A program made the position numbers and the translations under genes. From NCBI GenBank assembly GCA_963752515.1, contig CAVVYO010000006.1, positions 681,704 through 745,703 on the forward strand: a stretch of DNA of 64,000 nucleotides, in the 5' to 3' direction. Source of the DNA: Candidatus Glassbacteria bacterium (GTDB taxonomy: Bacteria > Gemmatimonadota > Glassbacteria > GWA2-58-10). Below the pieces are notes generated by a model. The model was not told the DNA's origin. It saw nothing but the letters and a program-made list of their open reading frames with translations, and ran no database searches. Shown here one piece after another: positions 1 through 8,437 of this stretch (positions are counted from its first letter, which is position 1; every line of letters starts with the position of its first letter).

Positions 1-516
1 TACCTGCCGGAGATCCTGCGCGGGCTGTGGATCACCAACCGCCATTTCATGGTGAACCTGTACCACCACCTGCTGGGCGCGCTCGGGATCAGGACCGGCC
101 GCAAGGGCGCGGTGACCATCCAGTACCCGGAGCAGCACCGCCGGTGGCACATCCGCAGCCGCACCCGGCACTACCTGCCCCGGCGGGCGGATGGTTCCCC
201 GCGCTGTGTCGGCTGCATGATGTGCGAGACGGTCTGCCCGGCCCGCTGCATCTACATCGTGGCCAAGGAGTACCCGGACCGCGAGGTGGAGAAGCAGGCG
301 TTCAGCTACACGATCGACATGGGCAAGTGCATCTACTGCGCTTTCTGCGTCGAGGTCTGCCCGGAGGATGCGATCCGGATGGACTCCGGCGACCTGGAGA
401 TCAGCCAGTACAGCCGCGGCGAGATGATCTGGGACACCGACCGGCTGATGCTCAGCCCGCACAAGCCGCAGAACTACAAGAATTACGGCGAGTATTTCAA
501 AGAAGAGCTCAAGTGA
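1..516 (+). CDS. nuoI: NADH-quinone oxidoreductase subunit I (5'-truncated by window edge)
   Basis: Frame open from base 1 (YLPEILRGLWITNRHF); TIQYPE motif; two 4Fe-4S motifs CVGCMMCETVCP and CIYCAFCVEVCP. Confidence 0.88.
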   Translation, partial: YLPEILRGLWITNRHFMVNLYHHLLGALGIRTGRKGAVTIQYPEQHRRWHIRSRTRHYLPRRADGSPRCVGCMMCETVCPARCIYIVAKEYPDREVEKQAFSYTIDMGKCIYCAFCVEVCPEDAIRMDSGDLEISQYSRGEMIWDTDRLMLSPHKPQNYKNYGEYFKEELK

Positions 517-517
517 G

Positions 518-844
518 ATGCTGCGCAAATCCGCCGACACCGTGGTCATCGATGTCCAGGCCGGGGTCACCCGCCGGCTGCTGATCCATGCCGGCCGGCT
601 GATGGCGGTCGAGTTCGCTTTCCGTCGGGGCACCGTGCTCCCGCGGCACTCCCATCCCCACGAGCAGGTGGGCCATTTCCTCAGCGGCCGGTTCGAGCTG
701 ACGATCGAGGGCGAGGGGGTGTTCGAGGCCACGGCCGGGGACAGCTACTACATCCCGCCCGGAGTCAGTCACGGAGCCCGCTGCCTGGAGTCCGGCCGGG
801 TGCTGGATGTCTTCACCCCGATCCGCGAGGACTTCCTGCCCTGA
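518..844 (+). CDS. Cupin domain protein
   Basis: PRHSHPHEQ and GDSYYIPPGVSHG cupin motifs; C-terminal DVFTPIREDF. Confidence 0.85.
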   Translation: MLRKSADTVVIDVQAGVTRRLLIHAGRLMAVEFAFRRGTVLPRHSHPHEQVGHFLSGRFELTIEGEGVFEATAGDSYYIPPGVSHGARCLESGRVLDVFTPIREDFLP

Positions 845-896
845 CTGCGCCGACAGCGAAGGCTGTTCTCTCCGGGGGGAGGGCGGAAACCTTAAA

Positions 897-968
897 GATA
901 TCCACGAAGTGCACGAAGCTTCACGAAGGGGTTTTTCCTGGTGTTTCTTCGTGTCCTTCGTGGATATC
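897..968. repeat. Intergenic inverted repeat, (A)TCCACGAA...TTCGTGGAT family
   Basis: GATATCCACGAAG (897-909) / CTTCGTGGATATC (956-968); related element at 56561-56627. Confidence 0.7.
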
Positions 969-1004
969 CTTTTTGATCATGGGATGCAGACGGAAGGGGA
1001 ATGA

Positions 1005-1041
1005 GAAAAGGGGCTGTCCCACCCTTGGGGACAGCCCCTTG
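1005..1041. terminator. Intrinsic terminator hairpin between convergent genes (U-tract on minus strand)
   Basis: AAAAGGGGCTGTCCC-acccttg-GGGACAGCCCCTT. Confidence 0.7.
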
Positions 1042-1065
1042 CATATTTTTCTGCTGCCTGGCAGG

Positions 1066-2277
1066 CTACTTCTTCACCGGCACGTACCTGAACTCCGCCA
1101 ACTCGGGCAGGGGCTCGATCAGCGGGGCCAGGTAATCGAGGAACTCCTCGGTGACCCACATCCCGGACTCATCGATAAACTTGTCCGGCATCGGCTTGGC
1201 ATGCACCGCCACTTCCTTGAGCGGGACCGTGCCGAGCTGGGTCAGGTAGCAGCCATCCTCCTCCTCGCCGCGCTCGATCGAGACCATCACCCCGCTCTGG
1301 CCGGAGGCGGCCAGCTCGGCCGCCCGCATCCCGCAGGCATAGGCCTCGTCCAGGTCCAGCGAGCAGGCCCGGTCGATCCCGCACATCTGCAGCGACTCGA
1401 CCACCTGGAACTCGCCGCGCCAGCCGAACTTGTCGCTGATCAGCTTGTGCAGCATCATCGCCGCGCTGGTGCCGCCCATCGCCCCGAACTCGATGTTGCC
1501 GAAACGGTCCTTGGTGGCCGAGGCCGAGACCGGGGTGCCATCGGCGTAGTGGATGCCCTCGCCGCAGGAGATCGAGCAGAAGCCATACTGCTGGTGGCAC
1601 TGCTCGACCCGGGCCAGGAACTGGTCCTTGTCGAAATTGCGCTCGGGCAGCAGCAGGATGTGCGGCGGGTCTTCCTCGCGGTACTTGGCGGCCACCGCGC
1701 TGGCGGCCAGCCAGCCGGCATCGCGTCCCACCGCCTGGTAGACCACGTACTGGTCGACTTTCTGCATGTCGCGGGCCAGGCGGCCGCCCTGCTGGACCGA
1801 CATCGCCACGAAACGCGCGGCGCTGGAGTAGCCCGGGGTGTGATCGGTGCCGAACAGGTCGTTGTCGACCGTCTTGGGCACCCCCACCCCGATCAGCTCA
1901 TAGCCCTGCTTCCGGCAGTAGGCCTCGACCCGGTTGATCGTGTCCATCGAGTCGTTGCCGCCGATCAGGAAAAAGTAGCGGATGTCGTACTTCTTCAGCA
2001 CGTTCAGGATCACCGGAAAATCCTGCTCCTGCAGCTTGTGGCGCGAGGAGCCCAGGATGCTGGAGGGAGTCTGGCCGAGCAGGGCCACCTGGCGGGGGTC
2101 CTCCTGCTTCAGGTCCACCAGCATTTCCTGCATGAAGCCCTCGATCCCCCAGCGCATCCCGTAGATGCCGGTGATCGCCTCCTGGCGCAGCGCGCCATCG
2201 ATCAGGCCCTGGAGGCTGGAGTTGATGACTGAGGTCGGCCCGCCGGACTGGCCGACAACGGCATTGCCTTTAAGCAT
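1066..2277 (-). CDS. PfkA-family phosphofructokinase, probably PPi-dependent
   Basis: GQSGGPT, GSSR, GGNDSMD and PKTVDND motifs; the Asp/Lys pair is the PPi-type signature. Confidence 0.88.
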   Translation of the reverse strand: MLKGNAVVGQSGGPTSVINSSLQGLIDGALRQEAITGIYGMRWGIEGFMQEMLVDLKQEDPRQVALLGQTPSSILGSSRHKLQEQDFPVILNVLKKYDIRYFFLIGGNDSMDTINRVEAYCRKQGYELIGVGVPKTVDNDLFGTDHTPGYSSAARFVAMSVQQGGRLARDMQKVDQYVVYQAVGRDAGWLAASAVAAKYREEDPPHILLLPERNFDKDQFLARVEQCHQQYGFCSISCGEGIHYADGTPVSASATKDRFGNIEFGAMGGTSAAMMLHKLISDKFGWRGEFQVVESLQMCGIDRACSLDLDEAYACGMRAAELAASGQSGVMVSIERGEEEDGCYLTQLGTVPLKEVAVHAKPMPDKFIDESGMWVTEEFLDYLAPLIEPLPELAEFRYVPVKK

Positions 2278-2334
2278 GACTGATCTCCTTGAGCGTTCGG
2301 TTCTGTCGGTCGGATCGAGCGGTCCCGGCGGTGC

Positions 2335-3549
2335 TCAGCCGGCGATCACTTTCAGCGAGCCATCCTTGCGGAACGAAGGATGGTCGTAGATCTTCACTCC
2401 CTGCACCACCCGGCTGATCACCCCGGCCTCGCTGGGCGAGTCGGGCTTGAGGCCGTAGTCCAGGGACTTGAACACGCCCAGGGTCTGGCCGACAATCACG
2501 TAGGCCGGGCTCTGGTAGTCGTCCGGGATCTCGCAGCCATGCTCGATCACCAGGTCGGCATTGGCGCGGGTGGCCGCATCGGCCTGCTTGCAGACCGCGA
2601 TCTTCTTCAGGCCGATCCCCTTGCGGGTCACCCCGCTCATCAGGTCGGTCTCGTAGACATGGACCAGCGGGTCCTCGCCCATCAGGTAGACCACCAGGGT
2701 GTTCTTGTGGATCACCGCCTCGGGCCCGTGGCGCAGGCCGAGGAAGCTGTCGAACTTGCCCACCACCTTGCCGTCGGTCTCTTCCTGCAGCTTGAGGTGG
2801 CACTCCTTGGCGCAGCCGAGCAGGGTGTTGGAGCCGAGGAACACCGCCCGCTCGAACTTCTCCTTGCAGATCGCCTGCAGCTCGCCCGAGAACTGGGCCA
2901 TGATCTTCTCGCCGGCCTTGGCCAGCTCGGCGAGGATCCCCGCGTACTTCTTGGTATCGCCGATCGAGGCCAGGCACTGGCCGGCCACCACCATGCTGGA
3001 GTACGAGCTGGTCATCGCCAGCGACTTGTCGTTGGTCTCCGGCGGCAGGATGATGTTCAGGCAACGGCCCTGCTCCAGCTTGCGGCCCATCTGGGCCAGC
3101 TTGCCCTCGCTGTTGCAGGTGATCACGATGTGCTTGATGTCGGCCTGGCTCTGCTCGCCCAGCACGAAAGTGCCGACACTTTCCGGGCTGTTGCCGGAGC
3201 GGGCGAAATGCACCAGGAAGTATTTCTTCCCGGGCCGGAAAGTGGCGGCCTCATCGGTGATGATCTCGGTGGTGCCGACCGCGCGGGCCTGGTAGCCGCT
3301 GATCTTGTTGAACAGGTTCTCCAGGCAGATGCCGATGAAAGCGGAGGTGCCGGCGCCGGTGAGCAGGAACACCCGGTCCTTCTCGCCGCCCAGGAAATCG
3401 AGGATCTGCTGCTGCTGACCCTCCATGATCTTCAGGGTCTGGCGCCACATCTCGGGCTGCTGGTGGATCTCGGCGGGGGTGAACTCGGTGCCCCGGGTCT
3501 TTTTCTCCTGCTCGGGGGCCTGGATCAGCTTGAGCAATGCATCAGCCAT
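2335..3549 (-). CDS. Double-SIS protein, AgaS-like (galactosamine-6-P deaminase/isomerase family)
   Basis: TPAEIHQQP, TGAGTS, FARSGNSPES, AMTSS, LRHGP, PDSPS..G.ISRVVQGV motifs. Confidence 0.8.
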   Translation of the reverse strand: MADALLKLIQAPEQEKKTRGTEFTPAEIHQQPEMWRQTLKIMEGQQQQILDFLGGEKDRVFLLTGAGTSAFIGICLENLFNKISGYQARAVGTTEIITDEAATFRPGKKYFLVHFARSGNSPESVGTFVLGEQSQADIKHIVITCNSEGKLAQMGRKLEQGRCLNIILPPETNDKSLAMTSSYSSMVVAGQCLASIGDTKKYAGILAELAKAGEKIMAQFSGELQAICKEKFERAVFLGSNTLLGCAKECHLKLQEETDGKVVGKFDSFLGLRHGPEAVIHKNTLVVYLMGEDPLVHVYETDLMSGVTRKGIGLKKIAVCKQADAATRANADLVIEHGCEIPDDYQSPAYVIVGQTLGVFKSLDYGLKPDSPSEAGVISRVVQGVKIYDHPSFRKDGSLKVIAG

Positions 3550-3582
3550 GTTGCCGGCTCCTTTGATGGAAAACGATCGTGG

Positions 3583-4725
3583 TTACAGTTTGGCGATGCG
3601 GTGCGCCTCGGCCACCGCGATGGCGAAATCCCGCACATCGATCGGGTTGAAATTGGGGATGTTCTCGGAAACCGCGATCTGCTCGGCCTGGGTGCCCTTC
3701 TGGGCGGCCATCACGGTCCTGGTCAGGGTCTTGGGGATGTCGCTGCGCTTGTCGCCGATGATGATGCTCAGGAACTCATCGCTGCCGAACGCATCGCGGC
3801 CGAACGCGCGCAGGCCGGAATCCTTGGAGTAGTTGCCGGCCTCGACCGCCGGGCTGATCAGGTCCATGCCGAAATCCTCGTAGACCAGCGCCTTGCGTCC
3901 GGTGCGCGTCTCGAACTGCGGGACCAGGGCCTTGAGGCTTTCGAAAGTGAAGCCGGGCTTGTCACGCTCGTCGATCCACAGCGCCAGTTGGCCCTCGCCG
4001 GCCCGCTGCACCCGCACGCCGATCAGCGGGTGAGTCTTGACCAGCGCCTTGTAGAGGCCGCGCATGTTCTGCAGCTCGCTGCTGAAATAGAGCTTGCCAT
4101 CCTTCAGCTCCACCTGGCTGTCGGTCCGGCAGGCCTGGGCCAGTTGCTCCATGGTCGGGCGGCGGCCCTTGACCAGCGGATGCTGGAGCACGTTGCCGTT
4201 TTTATCGCCCTCGACATAGGTCGCGCCGGCGCCGGTGGAGTAGTTGCCCTGCAGGGCGACCTTGACCTCGAGGTCGGCGGCGGCGGTGAGCACATCCCGC
4301 ACCAGGTTCAGCGCCTCTTTTTCGCTGTAGGGGTAGAGGTAGTTGAACTTGCCATCCCGCTCGAACACCATCCCGTACTCGCCCACTGTCCCCAACTGGT
4401 CCACTCGCAGGCGATGGTTCTTGAAAAACTCCATCGAGGCCAGGTCCCAGCCGGTGCAGAGGGTGACCGCGATGCCGTCGATCCCGATCAGGTAGGTGAT
4501 CGCCTCGGCGGCGCCGGGATAGGGATTGAGCTCGGAGTCATCGCAATCGACAATCGGGCCATTGACATCCAGCCCGCAGACCACCTGGCCGGCGATGTCG
4601 CGGTCGTGCTCGCGGCAGACCCGCAGGATGTCCCGGATCAGCCCGACCAGCTTGTCCTTGTCCAGCTTGAGATTGTCCGCCATCTGTTCGGCGGGGGCAG
4701 AGAGACGGATTGCAGCCTGAGACAT
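3583..4725 (-). CDS. HAD-superfamily-like protein with atypical motif I
   Basis: CGLDVNGPIVD (motif I, DxN), LCTGW (motif II), SKDSGL (motif III), IGDKRSD (motif IV); start approximate. Confidence 0.55.
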   Translation of the reverse strand: MSQAAIRLSAPAEQMADNLKLDKDKLVGLIRDILRVCREHDRDIAGQVVCGLDVNGPIVDCDDSELNPYPGAAEAITYLIGIDGIAVTLCTGWDLASMEFFKNHRLRVDQLGTVGEYGMVFERDGKFNYLYPYSEKEALNLVRDVLTAAADLEVKVALQGNYSTGAGATYVEGDKNGNVLQHPLVKGRRPTMEQLAQACRTDSQVELKDGKLYFSSELQNMRGLYKALVKTHPLIGVRVQRAGEGQLALWIDERDKPGFTFESLKALVPQFETRTGRKALVYEDFGMDLISPAVEAGNYSKDSGLRAFGRDAFGSDEFLSIIIGDKRSDIPKTLTRTVMAAQKGTQAEQIAVSENIPNFNPIDVRDFAIAVAEAHRIAKL

Positions 4726-4779
4726 CGCTCCTCCTGACATGGATTTAAAGATCGGCGCGCCGCCTGGTCTTCCCGGTCC

Positions 4780-5745
4780 TCAGCCCACGCTGGGGGTGAC
4801 CCTGATCGTGCGCACGTCCCGGCCACGAGGCTCGAGCCGGACAATTCCCACCTTCTGGTCGAACGGCTCCTGGTCCTCGCGGTCGTCCATCCCCTGCCAG
4901 GGCTCGATGCAGATAAACTCATCGCCCGGCTCGCTCCAGAAGCCCAGGTGCGGGAACTCTGGGAAATCGACCCGGATCGAGACCCCGGCGGCGGGGTCGA
5001 CCAGGGTCACCGTGCGCAAGGAGGGATCGTCGATCTCGTACATCAGGGTCGCCTCGAGCTCCTGCTCGGTGCGCGCCAATGGCCCGCCGACCTCGAGCTC
5101 CTCGGTGCGGCCGGTCAGGCGGCAGTGCTCGTTGTTGATGTACTTGCGGATGGTCCCCCGGGGCAGTTCCAGCCGGCAGCCGGCCTTGTCGCCCCGGTCA
5201 TGGAAGAGCGGGGCGGCGAAGCCCGGGTGCCAGCCGAACTGGTACCAGATCGGCTCGTTGCCGGGGTTGGTGAGGTCGAACGTCACCTCCAGCACCCCCG
5301 CCTTGAGCTGGAACAGCAGGTCGAGCTGGAAGTCGAACGGGTAGTACCCGCGGGTATAGTCGTTGGCGCGCAGGCGGTAGTGGACCAGCGCCCGGCCGGA
5401 ATGGTCGGCGCCGACCACCTCGAACGTGCTCTGGCGGGCGACCCCATGGTTGCCGGGGGTGCGCACCACCCGCCCATCGGTGAGCCGGCTTTCCTTGTTC
5501 TTCATCCCGCCGACAATCGGGAACAGCACCGTGGCATGGTTCTTCCAGCCCCGCTCGGGCTTGTTCGCCAGGGAATCGCGGTACATCAGCGGCACTTCCC
5601 GCCCATCGTGGGGGTCCCGGACCCGGTAGCCGATCAGCTCGCAGCCCAGGCGATTGATCATCGCCGTGGCGCCGGCCTGCTCATCGACCAGCAGGTCGAG
5701 CCCGCGGACATCGTCGAGTTTCACGCTGTAGGCACCCATGCGCAC
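4780..5745 (-). CDS. Aldose 1-epimerase / LacX-like family protein
   Basis: LFPIVG, NHGVAR, YPFDFQL, FGWHPGF, FICIEPWQG. Confidence 0.85.
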   Translation of the reverse strand: MRMGAYSVKLDDVRGLDLLVDEQAGATAMINRLGCELIGYRVRDPHDGREVPLMYRDSLANKPERGWKNHATVLFPIVGGMKNKESRLTDGRVVRTPGNHGVARQSTFEVVGADHSGRALVHYRLRANDYTRGYYPFDFQLDLLFQLKAGVLEVTFDLTNPGNEPIWYQFGWHPGFAAPLFHDRGDKAGCRLELPRGTIRKYINNEHCRLTGRTEELEVGGPLARTEQELEATLMYEIDDPSLRTVTLVDPAAGVSIRVDFPEFPHLGFWSEPGDEFICIEPWQGMDDREDQEPFDQKVGIVRLEPRGRDVRTIRVTPSVG

Positions 5746-5854
5746 ATCTCCTCCGCACTGGCCGGGGATCGCGGTTCCCCGGCGGGATTGACATTGGCTG
5801 CCGGAACTTAGCTCGAATGGCTACCAGTCGCGGCTCTGTGGGCTTAGAACAGTC

Positions 5855-5883
5855 AATTTAACAGTTTTCCCGGCGCAAGTCAA
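5855..5883 (-). promoter_or_regulatory. Sigma70-type promoter for the sugar operon
   Basis: TTGACT-17 nt-TAAATT on the minus strand. Confidence 0.55.
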
Positions 5884-5912
5884 AATTTAATCCGGCGGAC
5901 GGGAATGGTCCC

Positions 5913-5942
5913 TTGACAGGGCCGCCCGGGCAAGGCTATCTT
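5913..5942 (+). promoter_or_regulatory. Sigma70-type promoter of the comB-like gene
   Basis: TTGACA-18 nt-TATCTT, 7 nt before ATG 5950. Confidence 0.55.
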
Positions 5943-5949
5943 CCCGCCC

Positions 5950-6660
5950 ATGCTGATCCATCATCGACAGTTGCTCGAGGGCGCCGGCGAGGCCCGCCAC
6001 ACCGCGGTGATCATCGATGTCTTCCGCGCTTTCACCTGCGCCGGAATCCTGCTGGATTACGGGGTCGCGCGCCTGCTGCTGGAGGAGGACCCCGCGCGGG
6101 TGCTGGAGCTGAAAAAGCGCTTCGGCCACCTGGCGCTGGGCGAGATCGGCGGGGTGATGGTGGAGGGCTTCGACCTGGGCAACTCCCCGAGCGAGATTGT
6201 CGCCCGCGGGCCGGAGTTCTTTCGGGGAAGGACCGTGGTGCAACGGACCTCGGCCGGGGTGCGGGGGATCTTCCGGGCGGTGGAGCACTGCGACACGGTC
6301 TACGCCGGGTCGTTCACGACAGCCGGGGCCCTGGCCCGCCGGCTGCTGGCCGACAACCCGCCGGAGGTGCACCTGGTGGCGATGGGCGAGAACGGCGCCA
6401 AGCCGATGCCCGAGGACCAGTGCTGCGCCAATCTGCTGCACAGCCTGCTCGATCCCGGCCGGCCTTACAGCCACCTCGCGGCCCTGCGGGAGATCATCCC
6501 CCACGAGAGCGCGCAGAAATTCCTCCGTGGCGACCGGCCGCACTTTCCCCCGGCCGATGTCACTTTCTGCCTGCAACGGGACCTGTTCGGGTTCGCGATG
6601 CGGGTGAACGTGACCGCGGCGGGCGAGCTGGAGCTGCGGGCGGTCCCCCCGCCGGCCTGA
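5950..6660 (+). CDS. 2-phosphosulfolactate phosphatase (ComB) family protein
   Basis: VIIDVFRAFT, GEIGG....FDLGNSPSE, TSAGV, EDQCCA motifs. Confidence 0.85.
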   Translation: MLIHHRQLLEGAGEARHTAVIIDVFRAFTCAGILLDYGVARLLLEEDPARVLELKKRFGHLALGEIGGVMVEGFDLGNSPSEIVARGPEFFRGRTVVQRTSAGVRGIFRAVEHCDTVYAGSFTTAGALARRLLADNPPEVHLVAMGENGAKPMPEDQCCANLLHSLLDPGRPYSHLAALREIIPHESAQKFLRGDRPHFPPADVTFCLQRDLFGFAMRVNVTAAGELELRAVPPPA

Positions 6661-6715
6661 GGCCGAAAGCGCAAGGGGGCGGGACCGCAGCCCCGCCCCC
6701 CCAAGTCCGGCCGCC

Positions 6716-8263
6716 TCAAGGCTGTTCAGGCTGCTCTTTTTTCTGTTGCCGCTCCTGTTCCATCTGCTCTTCCGTCACGGTCCCCTCCTGCCCCTCCATG
6801 CCGGCCTCTCCCTGCTGTTCCCCGGCTTCGGGCCGCTGCTCTTCCTCCGCCATCCCCTCGGCATCGAAGCTCTGCAGGTCCTGGCTCTGCCAGCGCAGGA
6901 CCATCGCCCGGCGCTGCCGCTCATCGCGGTCCACCCCGGCCAGCCAGACCGGGTACTCGCCGCCGGAGAAGACATAGATCCGCTCGCCGGTCACCCCCTC
7001 GCCGGTCAGGAAGTCACAGACCGCCTGGGCCCGGCGCATCCCCAGCCCCAGGTTGTAGCGCTCGGGGCCGACCTGGTCGGCATACCCGACCACCGCCAGC
7101 TTCAGCTCATCATCATCCTGCAGCGCCTGGACCACCTGCCGTCGCAGCAGCTCCTGGTACTGCGGGCGCAGCACCGCCCGGTTGAACTCGAACAGCGCCT
7201 CGCCCAGGAAGGCATCCCCCGCCTCGATCGGGCAGCCCCGGCTGTCGATCCGGGCCCCTTTCTCGGTATCCGGGCACTGATCGATCCCATCCGGCACCCC
7301 ATCGCCATCGGAGTCGACCGCCCGGCCCTGCCGGTCCACCCGGGCGCCGCTGGGGGTATTGAGCTCCTGGTCCAGGTTGTCCCGCACGCCATCGCCATCG
7401 GCGTCAGGGTACTGCCGCTCGCAGCCGCTGGTATCGACCTCGGTCCCGGAGGGAGTGCCCGGGCAACGGTCCCGGAAGTCCGGCACGCCATCGCCGTCAT
7501 TGTCCTGTGAGCAGCCATTTCGATCGACCGCCACTCCGGCCGGGGTGTCCGGGCACTGGTCGATGTCGTCCGGCACCCCATCCTCGTCGGAGTCGTCCGG
7601 GCCGCCGCCCCAGAGGAAAGTCAGGCCGAGGCCCAGCTCCCAGTTGTTGGTCGCTTCATCATCGGCGATGAAATCCGAGTTCTGGAGGTAGTCGGCGGCG
7701 GAAAACCTCAACCCGAAATTCGGACACAGGAAATATTCGAAGCCCGCGCCGAGGATGGTAACGAAGCGGCTGTCGGAGTCCTCGATCCGGCCCTGGGGAT
7801 CATCACCGGTCATGCTGGTGGTCCCGGCCAACGCCTCGAAGTACGGGACAAAGCGTCCCCACCAGGGGGCGCTGAACTTGCCCCCGATCCCGAACGACCA
7901 GAAATTGGCATCGACCGAAGCACCGCCCGCCGCGGGATTGAAACTGGTCGGTCCCCACAGCCCCAGCCCCTCGATCCCGAACCACTCGTTCAAATCGTAG
8001 CCCAGCCGGGCGCCCCACAGAGTCCCATCATCCAGCTGGTTGGCATCATCGTACCACATCCAGTGGAAGACGGTCGGGCTGATCCAGAACGCCCCGGTGT
8101 TGTGGTAGACCCAGTTGGACTCGAGCATCCCGCGGCCGCCGGGCATGATCTGACCCTCTCCCGGCGGCTGACCCTCTCCCGGCTGCTGAGCGGCCGCCGG
8201 AGCAAAACCCAGTCCCAGCAGCAACGTGAAAACGATCACAGTTGACGAGATTCTCCTACCCAT
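6716..8263 (-). CDS. OmpA-family outer membrane protein (beta-barrel + TSP3-like Ca-binding repeats + OmpA domain)
   Basis: Signal peptide, barrel with alternating aromatics, repeated DxDGDGVPDxxDxCPxTP, GYADQVG...YNLGLGMRRA. Confidence 0.85.
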   Translation of the reverse strand: MGRRISSTVIVFTLLLGLGFAPAAAQQPGEGQPPGEGQIMPGGRGMLESNWVYHNTGAFWISPTVFHWMWYDDANQLDDGTLWGARLGYDLNEWFGIEGLGLWGPTSFNPAAGGASVDANFWSFGIGGKFSAPWWGRFVPYFEALAGTTSMTGDDPQGRIEDSDSRFVTILGAGFEYFLCPNFGLRFSAADYLQNSDFIADDEATNNWELGLGLTFLWGGGPDDSDEDGVPDDIDQCPDTPAGVAVDRNGCSQDNDGDGVPDFRDRCPGTPSGTEVDTSGCERQYPDADGDGVRDNLDQELNTPSGARVDRQGRAVDSDGDGVPDGIDQCPDTEKGARIDSRGCPIEAGDAFLGEALFEFNRAVLRPQYQELLRRQVVQALQDDDELKLAVVGYADQVGPERYNLGLGMRRAQAVCDFLTGEGVTGERIYVFSGGEYPVWLAGVDRDERQRRAMVLRWQSQDLQSFDAEGMAEEEQRPEAGEQQGEAGMEGQEGTVTEEQMEQERQQKKEQPEQP

Positions 8264-8437
8264 ACCGCCTCCCCGAAACAATGGGCGCGCCCGCCCGGCC
8301 GGATGCCGAAACGCAGAAGCGGGTCGGATCGCCCGATGGTCGATCGCTGTCGGGACAAACGGATTGCCGCGGAGGGTTGCCCGGTGGATGGAGCAAGCGT
8401 GGGAACCGTGTTCCCGCCGCTCATGGAGAAGCGCAGG

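Noticed and set aside
2380-4737. Long antisense or alternative-frame ORFs (e.g. 785 aa here, 914 aa at 25992, 558 aa at 10030, 766 aa at 22290)
   Set aside because: Shadow ORFs typical of high-GC DNA, lying opposite genes with clear motifs
7240-7600. Repeated DNA motifs inside the OmpA genes
   Set aside because: Explained by TSP3-like protein repeats
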